DNA of 51,129 bases from sequence record PZ445411.1. One strand, 5' to 3'. The notes under the pieces are model-generated. The model saw only the letters and a program-made list of their open reading frames with translations, was not told where the DNA came from and searched no databases. Numbering within the stretch: the stretch's first letter is position 1; the number at the start of each line of letters is the position of its first letter. Source of the DNA: a phage. Positions 1-9,931 of this stretch are shown here, piece by piece. Both the position numbers and the translations under genes were made by a program.

Positions 1-1569
1 ATGCTGATTTGGGAAGACTTAACAGCGGCGCAAAAACGCGCCGTTAAGGAAATGAGCGAATATTCATTCGAAAAGATGATCCGCATTTGGTTTCAACTTC
101 TCCAGGGGCAAAGGTTCTTAGGAAACTGGCATTTCAGTTACCTATGCAGCGAAGTTGAAAAAATCATCAAAGGCGAGTCACAGAATGTAATTTTCAACAT
201 AACGCCAGGCAGTGGTAAAACAGAGATATTCTCGATCCACATGTCACCTTATGCGTCATTGAAAAGTAAGAAGGTGCGAAATCTTAATCTTTCGTTTAGT
301 GATGGCCTTGTCCAGCAGAATAGCAACCGAATTAAGGAGATTATTGGTTCTCCAGAATGGCAGGAGCTATGGCCTGGAAAGCTGGTAAAGGCGAGCGCAA
401 AGGATTTGATTGTAACCGATGGCGGAAAGGTTAAATTGCAAGTTAACTCGCGTTCTATCGGTGGTCAGGTTACTGGTCTGCGTGGCGGCTACATGGACGA
501 TGGATTTACTGGTATGCTGGTTCTTGACGATCCAGACAAGCCGGATGATATGTTTTCTAAGGTGAAGCGCGAAGCCGGACACATGCGCCTAAAGAACACG
601 GTGCGATCACGTCGAATGAAGGACACCACGCCAATTGTGATGGTTCAGCAGCGTCTACACGTCAATGATTCAACATGGTTCATGACAAACGGCGGCATGG
701 GCGGCATCCAGTTTAAAGTGGTTAGTATTCCGGCGCTCGTTACCAAGGAATATCGCGAAACGCTTCCTGATTGGTTAAAGCCTGAGTTTGATCGCGATGT
801 TTTGTCCAGTAAGCCAGTGATGATTGATGGCGTTGCTCATTATTCATTCTGGCCTGCTAAGGAAAGCGCGGAGGAATTACTTGCACTTCGAAATGCTGAT
901 CCGTACACGTTCGCTAGTCAGTATCAGCAACAGCCTGTTGCGCTTGGCGGCAACGTGTTTAAAACAGAGTGGTTCCAGTATTACGGCAGCAGCGAGAAAT
1001 GCACGCTACCAAAACCGGATCGCTTTGAATATACATTTATCACGGTTGATACCGCGCAGAAAACAGGTGAGCTTAACGACTACTCCGTGATCTGTTATTG
1101 GGGGATGTATAAAGATCGCGTTTACTTCATTGATGGTGTTCGCGGAAAATGGGAAGCGCCTGACCTTGAGACGAATTTTGTTGCATTTGTTAATCAGTGC
1201 TGGAAGCGCAATAAAGAATGCGGAACGTTGCGAAGGATTCATGTTGAAGATAAATCATCTGGCACTGGTTTGATTCAGAGTGCAGCGAAAAAAATCATGA
1301 TCAAGATCAATCCCGTTCAGCGCGATAAAGACAAGGTTACTCGTGCAATGGACGCAGCGCCAGTAATACGAGCCGGACGAGTTGCACTTCCAGAATCGCA
1401 CCCTATGCTGGCTGAGATACTGGCTGAAGTTGCGGCGTTCACATTCGATGATTCGCATCCTCATGATGATATTGTTGATAACATCATTGATGCGGTTAAC
1501 ATTGAAATGAACATGGCAGATGATCCGGTAGGAAGAATGAAAAAATTGGCAGGTTTGCGGAACAAATAG
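1..1569 (+). CDS. terminase large subunit
   Basis: 522-aa ORF directly upstream of the portal gene; P-loop-like GSGKTE near N-terminus; its ATG at nt 1 overlaps the TA|A stop of the small-terminase ORF across the window junction. Confidence 0.75.
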   Translation: MLIWEDLTAAQKRAVKEMSEYSFEKMIRIWFQLLQGQRFLGNWHFSYLCSEVEKIIKGESQNVIFNITPGSGKTEIFSIHMSPYASLKSKKVRNLNLSFSDGLVQQNSNRIKEIIGSPEWQELWPGKLVKASAKDLIVTDGGKVKLQVNSRSIGGQVTGLRGGYMDDGFTGMLVLDDPDKPDDMFSKVKREAGHMRLKNTVRSRRMKDTTPIVMVQQRLHVNDSTWFMTNGGMGGIQFKVVSIPALVTKEYRETLPDWLKPEFDRDVLSSKPVMIDGVAHYSFWPAKESAEELLALRNADPYTFASQYQQQPVALGGNVFKTEWFQYYGSSEKCTLPKPDRFEYTFITVDTAQKTGELNDYSVICYWGMYKDRVYFIDGVRGKWEAPDLETNFVAFVNQCWKRNKECGTLRRIHVEDKSSGTGLIQSAAKKIMIKINPVQRDKDKVTRAMDAAPVIRAGRVALPESHPMLAEILAEVAAFTFDDSHPHDDIVDNIIDAVNIEMNMADDPVGRMKKLAGLRNK

Positions 1570-1596
1570 CACGAATCGACAAACCAATATATAATC

Positions 1597-1624
1597 AAAG
1601 GCTGGTAAATCCAGCCTTTTTTTA
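1597..1624 (+). terminator. rho-independent terminator
   Basis: AAAGGCTGG-taaat-CCAGCCTTT hairpin followed by a T-run. Confidence 0.7.
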
Positions 1625-1638
1625 TTGGAGGAAAGATA

Positions 1639-2919
1639 ATGAGTAAATCACGAATCGTTAAGGCTGACGGCTACAACGAGATATTTAAAGGCGAGAATTG
1701 CAAATCGCGAGTAGAGCAACCATTCTACATGCAGTCAATGCCATACAAGACACTCGCTGACTTTTACGAAAAAGACGGCCTGGCAAAAAGGATTATTGAC
1801 GTAGTGCCAGAGGAAATGGTTTCCCCTGGTTTCACGGTTGACGGAGTGGCAGACGAGGCAGCATTCCGTTCTTTGTGGGATGAGAAGCGATTGAATGCAA
1901 AAATCATTGATGCGCTTTGCTGGTCGCGTTTGTTTGGCGGATCTGCAATCATTGCTCTTGTTCAGGATGGGCGAGCGCTCAAATCACCTGTAAAGCCTGG
2001 AGCTATTCTGGAAGATGTGCGCGTTTATGATCGTTATCAGATTCGCGTTGAAGCGCGCGAAACTAATCCCCGCAAGGTTCGCTATGGTGAGCCAGTGCTT
2101 TACACTGTAACGCCTGGTGGAGACTTGCCGGAATACCATGTGCACTACACGCGTGTTTGCATTATCGACGGTGAGCGGATACCTAACGCAAAGCGACGCA
2201 GCAATGATGGATGGGGTGAGTCAGTTCTTAACAAGAGACTTGTTGAGGCTATTGTTGATTATAACTATTGTGAAACATTGGCAACGCAATTATTGCGGCG
2301 GAAGCAGCAGGCAGTATGGAAAGCTAAAGGACTCGCTGACTTGTGCGATGATGAGGAGGGTGTTAGCGCGGCACGCCTGAGACTTGCGCAGGTTGACGAT
2401 GAGGGTGGAGTAGGCAAGGCCATTGGTATTGATGCTGAGGATGAGGAATATGATGTTCTTAACTCTGATATTAGCGGAGTTGATTCTTTTCTGGAAAAGA
2501 AAATGGATCGCATCGTTTCCCTTTCAGGTATTCATGAAATCATCCTGAAAAATAAAAACGTTGGCGGCGTTAGCGCAAGCCAAAACACGGCGCTTGAAAC
2601 ATTCTATAAGCTGATTGAACGAAAACGCGTTGAGGATTACAAGCCTATCCTTGAATTTCTATTACCGTTCATTATTAGTGAGCAGGAGTGGAGCATTGAG
2701 TTTTCACCTTTGAGCGTGCCTAGCGATAAAGATCAGGCTGAAATTCTGAATAAGAATATCGACTCAATCAGCAAGGCTATTGATGGTCAGTTCCTTGATG
2801 TTGAAGAAGCGCGAGACACGTTGCGAGCAATCGCCCCAAGCGTTAAACTAAAGGACACTAATAAAATCAAGCTGCCGGAGCCAGCGGAGCCGGAGCCAGG
2901 CACACAGGGGAATGAGTAA
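1639..2919 (+). CDS. portal protein
   Basis: 426-aa ORF after terminase; strong RBS GGAGGAAAGATA-ATG; position and size typical of siphophage portal. Confidence 0.7.
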   Translation: MSKSRIVKADGYNEIFKGENCKSRVEQPFYMQSMPYKTLADFYEKDGLAKRIIDVVPEEMVSPGFTVDGVADEAAFRSLWDEKRLNAKIIDALCWSRLFGGSAIIALVQDGRALKSPVKPGAILEDVRVYDRYQIRVEARETNPRKVRYGEPVLYTVTPGGDLPEYHVHYTRVCIIDGERIPNAKRRSNDGWGESVLNKRLVEAIVDYNYCETLATQLLRRKQQAVWKAKGLADLCDDEEGVSAARLRLAQVDDEGGVGKAIGIDAEDEEYDVLNSDISGVDSFLEKKMDRIVSLSGIHEIILKNKNVGGVSASQNTALETFYKLIERKRVEDYKPILEFLLPFIISEQEWSIEFSPLSVPSDKDQAEILNKNIDSISKAIDGQFLDVEEARDTLRAIAPSVKLKDTNKIKLPEPAEPEPGTQGNE

Positions 2920-3683
2920 TGAAAGTGAAGGGCGTCGTTAAACAATGGCGCTTTCCTGAAGCAAGCGAGCGGCAACTTAGCCGCTCAATTCAGGAGGCAA
3001 TCAGAGATCTTGTAATTCTAATGCGCAAGCGAACAAAAGCGATGAAGTTTGACGCAACAGATAATGAGATCAACAGCGCAGAAGATGAAATTAACAGCCT
3101 AGCAACTGACCTTATAGCTGGCATTGTTTCCACTCTTCCTGCAATCGCGTTGACCATCTATAAATTCAATGCGAAGCAGTTTATCAATGTTGCCAAGTCA
3201 ACTGGTGGAAAGGATAACACGGCGGTAATTGTTTTGATCGCGGTTGGCGCTAACGCTAACGAGGACTGGTATCAGACGCTATACGGTCAATGGCACGGGC
3301 TTACAGAATCATCGCTAAGGAAGTTATTCACAAACATTGTTTCTGATTGGTCAACAAACATTCGCAATGCAAACTTTCGCGGAAGCAATGATAAACAGGT
3401 TAATGATCTTGCAGAAAAGAGATTTGCTGTTTATAGCTCCTGGGGTAAAACTAGATCAGAAAACATTATCGGCGCGTGGAATAGTCGCCTTATGCGCCAG
3501 CGCCTTTATGATGCTAAGGTTACTCATTATTTCTGGCATGGAATGTTAGATGATAGAGAGCGCTTGCAGCATGTGTTATGGGAAGGTAAAAGAATAGCGC
3601 TTGATGCAATTCATGATTTCCCTGGTGAGCCGTGGGGTTGCCGTTGCTGGGCGATTCCAGACTGGAATAATAAAGGAGAGTAA
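2919..3683 (+). CDS. head morphogenesis / minor head protein
   Basis: 254 aa, start overlaps portal stop (TAATG); position between portal and scaffold-like gene; function inferred from synteny only. Confidence 0.45.
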   Translation: MKVKGVVKQWRFPEASERQLSRSIQEAIRDLVILMRKRTKAMKFDATDNEINSAEDEINSLATDLIAGIVSTLPAIALTIYKFNAKQFINVAKSTGGKDNTAVIVLIAVGANANEDWYQTLYGQWHGLTESSLRKLFTNIVSDWSTNIRNANFRGSNDKQVNDLAEKRFAVYSSWGKTRSENIIGAWNSRLMRQRLYDAKVTHYFWHGMLDDRERLQHVLWEGKRIALDAIHDFPGEPWGCRCWAIPDWNNKGE

Positions 3684-3686
3684 TTA

Positions 3687-4799
3687 ATGAAGGCAAAACA
3701 AAGATTTGATAGCGTCCAGGTTAAGGCGCATTTTGATGATAATGGCTTTTTAGTGGATCGCCCAATTGTGGCGCGAATTGGTTTGCAGGAGTACCGCACA
3801 CCGTATGGAATCAGACGAGAGTTCCGACCGGCGTCAGAGGTGTTTAAGGCTGATTCGCTTGCTACGTTCGCAGGCAAGCCGATCACTATCGGTCACGTCA
3901 TAGTGACGCCAGACAATGCTGATCAGGTTGTTGTTGGTTCATGCGCTGGTGCTGGTGTTCCAAATGGTGTTGGCGTTGAAGTTCCGTTAAGTATTTACTC
4001 AAAGCGAGCAATTGAGAGCGCAAAAAAGAAAGACACGGCGGAAATTTCAGTTGGTTACACATCAATTGATATTGATAAACCAGGTTGGGGTAATAATAAA
4101 ACTGGCGATTACTTGTTTGAGGAAGACATTAAGGAAGACTGGAAGCCTGATTCCCCTGATTGGGTTAAATTTGACGCCATTCAGACGAATATCAGTGTTA
4201 ATCACATTGCGCTTGTCTTTCGTGGTCGTGCTGGAATTGCCAAATTAAATCTTGATAGTGAACAGGATTTTCCGTATAGTGACGAGGTTCTAAATGACAA
4301 AGGAGATGAGAAAATGACAGTAAAAATTAAACTTGATGGCGCGGTAGAATTTGATGTTCCAAAGGCCGTTGCTGATCATATTGAGGCGTTAAAGGCAGAT
4401 GCAAAAGCTGCAACCGAAAAAGCTGATGGCCTTGAGGCCGAGCGCGACGCCCTGAAAACTAAAGTCGATGGCATTCCGACGCAGATTGCAGAAGCTGTTA
4501 AGAAGGCAAAGACTGACGCAGAAGAACACGCCAAGCTAGTTGCAGATGCAACTGAAATTGGCATCAAGTGTGACGGCTTGGACGCTAAAGCGATCAAAGT
4601 TGCTTACGTCAAAGAAGTCACTGGCGCTGATATTTCAGAAAAAGCCGATGCATATATTGAAACAGCTTTTGACCTTGCGAAGCAGTCTGATAAAATGGCG
4701 GCGCAGCGTAAATCTGTTAAGGGCGATTCTTTCGAGTCTGGCAAGAGTGAAAAAACCGACTCCCTTGATCCGACTGCGCGTTTGAAAAAACTTAAATAA
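3687..4799 (+). CDS. capsid scaffolding protein (possibly prohead protease-scaffold)
   Basis: 370 aa, RBS AAAGGAG; C-terminal half is charged Ala/Lys/Glu-rich coiled-coil-like sequence typical of scaffolds; lies upstream of capsid genes. Confidence 0.4.
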   Translation: MKAKQRFDSVQVKAHFDDNGFLVDRPIVARIGLQEYRTPYGIRREFRPASEVFKADSLATFAGKPITIGHVIVTPDNADQVVVGSCAGAGVPNGVGVEVPLSIYSKRAIESAKKKDTAEISVGYTSIDIDKPGWGNNKTGDYLFEEDIKEDWKPDSPDWVKFDAIQTNISVNHIALVFRGRAGIAKLNLDSEQDFPYSDEVLNDKGDEKMTVKIKLDGAVEFDVPKAVADHIEALKADAKAATEKADGLEAERDALKTKVDGIPTQIAEAVKKAKTDAEEHAKLVADATEIGIKCDGLDAKAIKVAYVKEVTGADISEKADAYIETAFDLAKQSDKMAAQRKSVKGDSFESGKSEKTDSLDPTARLKKLK

Positions 4800-4811
4800 G
4801 GAGAAATAAAC

Positions 4812-5324
4812 ATGGCTACAATTGGAGCAAGTTATTTTGCTGTAATGTCTCGCGCGTTACCTGGTCAGGTTTCTGACACTTCAGCTTATAATATTGATGG
4901 TGCTTGTGTTCTTGAGAATGCGGCAGGCAATCAGAATCAGTCTGTTTTTGTTGGTGTGGCGGTCCAGCATGGCGGCGTTGATGCGATGGGTAATAAACTG
5001 ATCAAGCCTATGGCGGCAAGCGGCAAGGCTTACGGTGTTGCAATTCGATCCCACTTCCAGACGACTTCGGCTGACGGTCGAATGATTTATGAGTCTGGCG
5101 GCGGAATCAACGTAATGACTGAGGGGCGTGTTTGGATGTTGGCTAAAGACGCTTCCGCGCCAGCGTTCGGCACTACAATCAAGCTGTCTAATGATGGTCA
5201 GGTTGATACAGGGTCTGGCACTATCGAAACAAACTGGATCGCAACTGGTGACTTTACCGAGTTTCAAGACTTGAAGCTGGTAGAGGTTCAGGTGCAAAAA
5301 GTTCCGGCAGTTTCAGCAGGTTAA
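4812..5324 (+). CDS. capsid-associated protein, paralog 1 (decoration/cement-like)
   Basis: 170 aa, RBS AAGGAG; shares motifs with the next ORF (G-VW-L---APxFG, DG, TG-F). Confidence 0.35.
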   Translation: MATIGASYFAVMSRALPGQVSDTSAYNIDGACVLENAAGNQNQSVFVGVAVQHGGVDAMGNKLIKPMAASGKAYGVAIRSHFQTTSADGRMIYESGGGINVMTEGRVWMLAKDASAPAFGTTIKLSNDGQVDTGSGTIETNWIATGDFTEFQDLKLVEVQVQKVPAVSAG

Positions 5325-5331
5325 TAAATAT

Positions 5332-5355
5332 GGCGCTCACTGAGCGCCTTTTTTA
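5332..5355 (+). terminator. rho-independent terminator
   Basis: GGCGCTCA-c-TGAGCGCC hairpin then TTTTTT. Confidence 0.7.
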
Positions 5356-5369
5356 TATTTGGGGTTATC

Positions 5370-5804
5370 ATGAGTGATTATTCAGTCATTGTTGGCGCTG
5401 AGTCGCCAGGGTGCATGGTCGATTCTTCAATAATGGTGATTAACGGATCTTTCGTGTGCGGAGATGAATTTATTGAGCCAGGTAAGATTGTGCGACTATC
5501 ACATATAACAAATGGATACAAAATAGCAAGTGTTAATGGGGATCTCGTTATTGGTGTGGCAGTAAGGCCGCCGGACTCGTGCATATATGAGGAGGGTGAT
5601 CCCGTTAATGTAGTTAGTAGAGGTAGTGTGTGGTGCTTAACTTCTGAGAGCGAAGCGCCAGAATATGGAGATAAAGTATTTGTAACGCAAGATGGAGATG
5701 CGACATACAGTGAAGGTGACTTACTGATTGGTTGGATCTTTACTGGCGAACATGTAAAGGTTGATCATGATTCATATATTGTCGGGGTAAGCATTAACGC
5801 ATAA
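5370..5804 (+). CDS. capsid-associated protein, paralog 2
   Basis: 144 aa; alignable by eye to ORF 4812-5324 (VSRGSVWCLTSESEAPEYGDKV vs MTEGRVWMLAKDASAPAFGTTI). Confidence 0.35.
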   Translation: MSDYSVIVGAESPGCMVDSSIMVINGSFVCGDEFIEPGKIVRLSHITNGYKIASVNGDLVIGVAVRPPDSCIYEEGDPVNVVSRGSVWCLTSESEAPEYGDKVFVTQDGDATYSEGDLLIGWIFTGEHVKVDHDSYIVGVSINA

Positions 5805-5887
5805 CACAAAATTATGTTGCACGTTTAACAAAAAATGCTATCATTGTGGCGTTACATACTAACAGCCTTTATATATGGAGGAAGAAA

Positions 5888-6862
5888 ATGGAAAAAGAAA
5901 AATTTGATCAGCTAGATGCGGATATTGTTTCTAGCTATCTGGCTACTCGCGGAGTTAAGGGTGATGCGTCCGATATGGGCATCTGGACGGCGCAAGAGCT
6001 TCACAAGATCCGCTCAACTGCTTACGAGAAAGAATATCCGGCAGGTTCGGCGCTTCGTGTGTTCCCTGTAACTAATGAGCTTTCTGATACTGATAAAACT
6101 TTTGAATACCAGATGTTTGATAAGGTTGGTTACGCAAAAATTATTGCTGATTACACCGATGACCTGCCGACCGTTGACGCGCTGATGTCTAGCGAATTCG
6201 GTAAAGTGTTCCGCCTGGGTAACGCGTTCTTGATCTCCATTGACGAAATCAAGGCTGGTCAGCGCACTGGTAAGAGCCTTTCCACTCGCAAGGCAAACGC
6301 AGCGCAAAACGCGCATGATCAAGAAGTTAACCGCTTGGTGTTTAAGGGTTCAAAACCGCATAAGATTCTTTCGGTGTTTGAACATCCTAACCTGACAAAG
6401 ATCGTGTCAACTGGCTGGTTAAGTGCTGATGAAAACACCAAGTTCCCACAGGCGGCATCTGATGAACTGGAAAAGGCTATTGAAACCATTCAGACCATCA
6501 CCAATGGTCAGCACCGAGCAACCAACATCCTGATTCCGCCGTCTATGCGCAAGGTCCTTTCCGTTCGAATGGAAAACACCACTGAAAGTTATCTGGAATA
6601 CTTCCAGAAACAAAACAGCGGAATCACTATCGACTCAATCGCAGAGCTTGAGGATATTGATGGCACTGGAACGAAAGGTTGCCTGGTATATGAGAAAGAC
6701 CCGATGAACATGTCGATCGAAATTCCAGAAGCATTTAATATGCTTCCGGCGCAACCAAAAGATCTGCATTTCAAAGTTCCGTGTACTTCAAAATGTACTG
6801 GCCTGACGATTTACCGTCCGTTTACGCTAGTTCTTATTACTGGCTTGAAAAAATCAGGTTAA
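5888..6862 (+). CDS. major capsid protein
   Basis: 324 aa; strong RBS GGAGGAAGAAA-ATG at 5888 (the ORF-track start 5846 lacks an RBS); flanked by terminators; position between scaffold-like and head-tail joining genes. Confidence 0.55.
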   Translation: MEKEKFDQLDADIVSSYLATRGVKGDASDMGIWTAQELHKIRSTAYEKEYPAGSALRVFPVTNELSDTDKTFEYQMFDKVGYAKIIADYTDDLPTVDALMSSEFGKVFRLGNAFLISIDEIKAGQRTGKSLSTRKANAAQNAHDQEVNRLVFKGSKPHKILSVFEHPNLTKIVSTGWLSADENTKFPQAASDELEKAIETIQTITNGQHRATNILIPPSMRKVLSVRMENTTESYLEYFQKQNSGITIDSIAELEDIDGTGTKGCLVYEKDPMNMSIEIPEAFNMLPAQPKDLHFKVPCTSKCTGLTIYRPFTLVLITGLKKSG

Positions 6863-6874
6863 TCGTATAACATT

Positions 6875-6903
6875 GGGGAATCCTTAACTGGATTCCCTTT
6901 TTA
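6875..6903 (+). terminator. rho-independent terminator after major capsid gene
   Basis: GGGAATCC-ttaact-GGATTCCC hairpin then TTTTT. Confidence 0.65.
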
Positions 6904-6917
6904 TTGGAGGTTATGAA

Positions 6918-7190
6918 ATGGCTAAAGAAAAAACTGTAACGCTAAAGGTTTCCGGCGTGTGCCTTATCATTGTTGATGGTGAGCATTATCATCCAGGCAA
7001 AGAGTTTGACGTAGAAGAATCAAAATTGAAAACAAGCGCGTTTGAATATCTAATTGCAAAAGGCGATCTGGAGGTTAAAGACAACTCCGCATTGAACGAA
7101 GAAATAAAACAGAGCGCAGCAAGCAAACGTAAAAAAGACCCGCGAGAGGGCAAGAGCAAAGCCGAACTTGAAGACGGCGGCATCTATTAA
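6918..7190 (+). CDS. hypothetical small virion-module protein
   Basis: 90 aa, RBS GGAGG; charged C-terminus; between two terminator hairpins. Confidence 0.4.
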   Translation: MAKEKTVTLKVSGVCLIIVDGEHYHPGKEFDVEESKLKTSAFEYLIAKGDLEVKDNSALNEEIKQSAASKRKKDPREGKSKAELEDGGIY

Positions 7191-7237
7191 TAAAGAGGGC
7201 GCTATAAGCGCCCTTTGTCATATCTGGAGGAAACAAA

Positions 7238-7654
7238 ATGGTTGATGAACTTTTCACTGACGCAGAAATCACGCAGCAAATCGTGAAATTAGCTCCACCG
7301 ATGAAACAGATTGATCCAGATTTAATGGTGGCATGGATTGACCTGGCAAAGGGATTTGTTTGCAAGAAGCGGTTTAAAGAATCATATCCTAAAGCGGTTG
7401 CCCTTTATACTTTGCACCTTATGACGCTTGACGGAGCTATGAAGCAAGAAGGGGAAAGCGTAGAGAGTTACTCACGGCGCGTGGCGTCATTTTCCCTGAC
7501 TGGTGAATTTAGCCAGACATTTGATCGAGTGTCCGGCGATTCAAGCGGAAAAGAGATTAGACAAACTCCGTGGGGCAAAATGTATGAGACGTTAAATAGA
7601 AAAAAAGGCGGTGGATTTGGCCTTGTGACTGGATTTCGGAGGCGCTGCAAATGA
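7238..7654 (+). CDS. head-tail connector/adaptor candidate
   Basis: 138 aa, RBS GGAGG; first gene of a 4-gene overlapping set between capsid and major tail genes. Confidence 0.4.
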   Translation: MVDELFTDAEITQQIVKLAPPMKQIDPDLMVAWIDLAKGFVCKKRFKESYPKAVALYTLHLMTLDGAMKQEGESVESYSRRVASFSLTGEFSQTFDRVSGDSSGKEIRQTPWGKMYETLNRKKGGGFGLVTGFRRRCK

Positions 7655-8022
7655 ACTATAACGAGATCGCAAGAATGGCAACCGAAGGAATTAACTTCTT
7701 TAGTGATGGCAACGGTGAGTTTAAGTGCATAACGCAGCGTGGAAGCGTTGAAATCATCGGGGGCGAAGAAGTAGAAAAGCCAGAGATTAGTGTAATGATT
7801 AATGGTTTAATTAGATCACCCAAAGTCCGAGAGGTTGACGGCGAGACAATACGAGTAACCGATAAGTTGGGAGTTTTTAACAATAAAGTTGAAATTAAGA
7901 ACGGGTATCATATTGATGTTGATGGTGAATTATATGTTGTAGTTGAAGCAAGACCAATCAGACAAACCAATGTCACTGTTGCTTATCGGCCTATTTTGAG
8001 AAGGATTTCTGTACATGGCTAA
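7651..8022 (+). CDS. head-tail joining protein candidate
   Basis: 123 aa; start overlaps upstream stop (ATGA); synteny. Confidence 0.4.
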   Translation: MNYNEIARMATEGINFFSDGNGEFKCITQRGSVEIIGGEEVEKPEISVMINGLIRSPKVREVDGETIRVTDKLGVFNNKVEIKNGYHIDVDGELYVVVEARPIRQTNVTVAYRPILRRISVHG

Positions 8023-8458
8023 AAACTACACGATAAGGGAATTTCACGGCAACATTGATGCGTGGATAAACGCCGTTGATAGTGGATTAAAAGATTGCGT
8101 GGAGTTGTTCGCCGAAAAAGTACACACAGATTTGGTTAAGCGTTCTCCGGTAGATACTGGTCGTTACCGTGGAAACTGGCAGGTAACAGCAAATAAGCCG
8201 CCACTGTATGCGCTTAATCAGTACGATAAGCACGGAGACAAAACGATCGCGGAAGGAAAACGTGCCATATACGCAATATTACGAGGTGGCGGCGCAGTAA
8301 GAGCTATTTATTTTTCTAACATGCTTATTTATGCTAACGCGCTTGAGTACGGTCATTCAAAACAAGCGCCAGCGGGTGTGCTTGGTATTGTTGCCGTGAA
8401 ATTGCGTTCATATATGGCTGAGGCAATAAAAGAGTCGAGGGCAAAAAATGCACTATGA
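8015..8458 (+). CDS. tail completion / head-tail joining protein candidate
   Basis: 147 aa; overlapping start; synteny upstream of major tail protein. Confidence 0.4.
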   Translation: MAKNYTIREFHGNIDAWINAVDSGLKDCVELFAEKVHTDLVKRSPVDTGRYRGNWQVTANKPPLYALNQYDKHGDKTIAEGKRAIYAILRGGGAVRAIYFSNMLIYANALEYGHSKQAPAGVLGIVAVKLRSYMAEAIKESRAKNAL

Positions 8459-8846
8459 ATTAATGCTATCGGCGCGTAAGGCGCTGGCGACTGAATACGA
8501 AAGCAGATTCATGATCGCTTATGAAAACGTAGAGTTTACGCCACCTGGTGACGGTTCGCCGTGGTTGAAGTTTGACTATGCCGAAGTTGACACAGAATAC
8601 TTGTCATTGGATCGAAAATGCGTTTCTTATATCGGAATGATTCAGATTGGCATTGTGTTTCCACCAGGTTACGGAACTGACAGGCCGCGCGTTCTCGCTA
8701 AAGAGATTGCGCAATTCTTTTACGATGGTAAAATGCTGGAGCATGGTTATATATATGAGGGTGCAAGAGTTCACAAACCGCTCAAGAGTGAAAGCGGATG
8801 GCTTCTCCCTATAAGGTTTTATGTTCGAATTGAAACAAAGGAGTAA
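8448..8846 (+). CDS. tail terminator-like protein candidate
   Basis: 132 aa; RBS GAGGG; immediately upstream of major tail protein gene. Confidence 0.35.
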   Translation: MHYELMLSARKALATEYESRFMIAYENVEFTPPGDGSPWLKFDYAEVDTEYLSLDRKCVSYIGMIQIGIVFPPGYGTDRPRVLAKEIAQFFYDGKMLEHGYIYEGARVHKPLKSESGWLLPIRFYVRIETKE

Positions 8847-8851
8847 AAATT

Positions 8852-9514
8852 ATGCATTTACCAAATGGATCGCAAATTTTCGTTGAGAGCAATCGCGGAA
8901 GCGAAATCCAAGCAACAGCAGTGTCAAACGCTAAAGATCCTGTATTCACAGTTGCATCTGGTGGCACTGCGTACAAGAAAGGTGATTATGTGATCATCAC
9001 TGCGTCTTCTTGGGGTAAGCTGATTGATCGTGTTATGCGTGTAAAGACTAACGGTGAAGAAACAAGCGTAACTCTTGAAGGTATTGACACTACTGATCAG
9101 AACGTTTTTCCGTCTGGCGGTACTGCATCTTTTGCCAAAATTGATGCATGGACTGAGATCCCTTGCGTTCAAGATTTGTCTCAGGACGGCGGCGAACAGC
9201 AATACTACACTTATCAGTGTTTGGCAGACGACCAGGAGCAGCAGTTACCTACCTATAAGAGCGCGGTTTCTCTGACATACACTTTTGCTCACGAATACGA
9301 TAACGCGATCTATCCGTTACTTCGTGCAGCAGATGAGTCAGGCGCTGTAACGGCGCTTCGAATGTATGTTCCGAAAGCAAAAGAGATGCGTTGCTGGGCT
9401 GGTGTCCTTTCGTTTAACGAAATCCCGCAGACTACCGTTAACGAAATGGAAACTGTTTCCCTGTCTGTATCACTGAAAGGTCGATTCACCTTCCTACCTT
9501 CTCAAGTAGAGTAA
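8852..9514 (+). CDS. major tail protein
   Basis: 220 aa, RBS AAAGGAG; directly upstream of G/GT chaperone and tape measure; followed by a strong terminator. Confidence 0.55.
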   Translation: MHLPNGSQIFVESNRGSEIQATAVSNAKDPVFTVASGGTAYKKGDYVIITASSWGKLIDRVMRVKTNGEETSVTLEGIDTTDQNVFPSGGTASFAKIDAWTEIPCVQDLSQDGGEQQYYTYQCLADDQEQQLPTYKSAVSLTYTFAHEYDNAIYPLLRAADESGAVTALRMYVPKAKEMRCWAGVLSFNEIPQTTVNEMETVSLSVSLKGRFTFLPSQVE

Positions 9515-9518
9515 TAAC

Positions 9519-9543
9519 AAGGGGCGTTGCGCCCCTTTTTTTG
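9519..9543 (+). terminator. rho-independent terminator after major tail gene
   Basis: GGGGCG-ttg-CGCCCC hairpin then T7. Confidence 0.75.
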
Positions 9544-9584
9544 TTACTGTACAATCATGCTACACGATTCATAATCAATTCTTT

Positions 9585-9599
9585 TAGCAAAAAGTGCTA
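9585..9599. promoter_or_regulatory. palindromic box variant in the 5' leader of the tail chaperone / tape measure operon
   Basis: TAGCA-AAAAG-TGCTA perfect inverted repeat between CATAAT (9570-9575) and the RBS of gene 9614; TTGTTA at 9541-9546 lies 23 nt upstream of CATAAT. Confidence 0.35.
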
Positions 9600-9613
9600 T
9601 CAAGGAGAAAGAA

Positions 9614-9931
9614 ATGTCAAAAATGAAATTGACGATTGGGCCGCTTCCTGACTTTAAATTACCAGTGAAATTTGCAATGCCTAACGGAGAAGATCAAACA
9701 ATTATCTTCACAGTTCGCCACCGCAAAACAAGTGAGATTCACGAGCGCTACACGTCAGATACTCCAATGAGCGATGTTGAAATGATCACCTTTCTTGCTT
9801 CTGGTTGGAATCTTGATGATGAATTTAACGAAGAAAATATTAAACAGCTTCTTGATTACTACCCAGCAACAGCAATCGGATTAACTAGCGCGTACATGAA
9901 AGCGCTTGCGGGGCAGCGAGTAAAAAACTAA
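9614..9931 (+). CDS. tail assembly chaperone (G-like)
   Basis: 105 aa, RBS AAGGAG; ends at slippery heptamer A_AAA_AAC followed by TAA; lies between major tail and tape measure genes. Confidence 0.65.
   Translation: MSKMKLTIGPLPDFKLPVKFAMPNGEDQTIIFTVRHRKTSEIHERYTSDTPMSDVEMITFLASGWNLDDEFNEENIKQLLDYYPATAIGLTSAYMKALAGQRVKN

Noticed and set aside
367-582. Minus-strand ORF (71 aa) inside the large terminase gene, and similar antisense ORFs inside the tape measure, J-like, tail fibre and primase/helicase-like genes
   Set aside because: Fully embedded antisense to long genes that have clear RBSs and family motifs; no RBS of their own; typical spurious ORFs.
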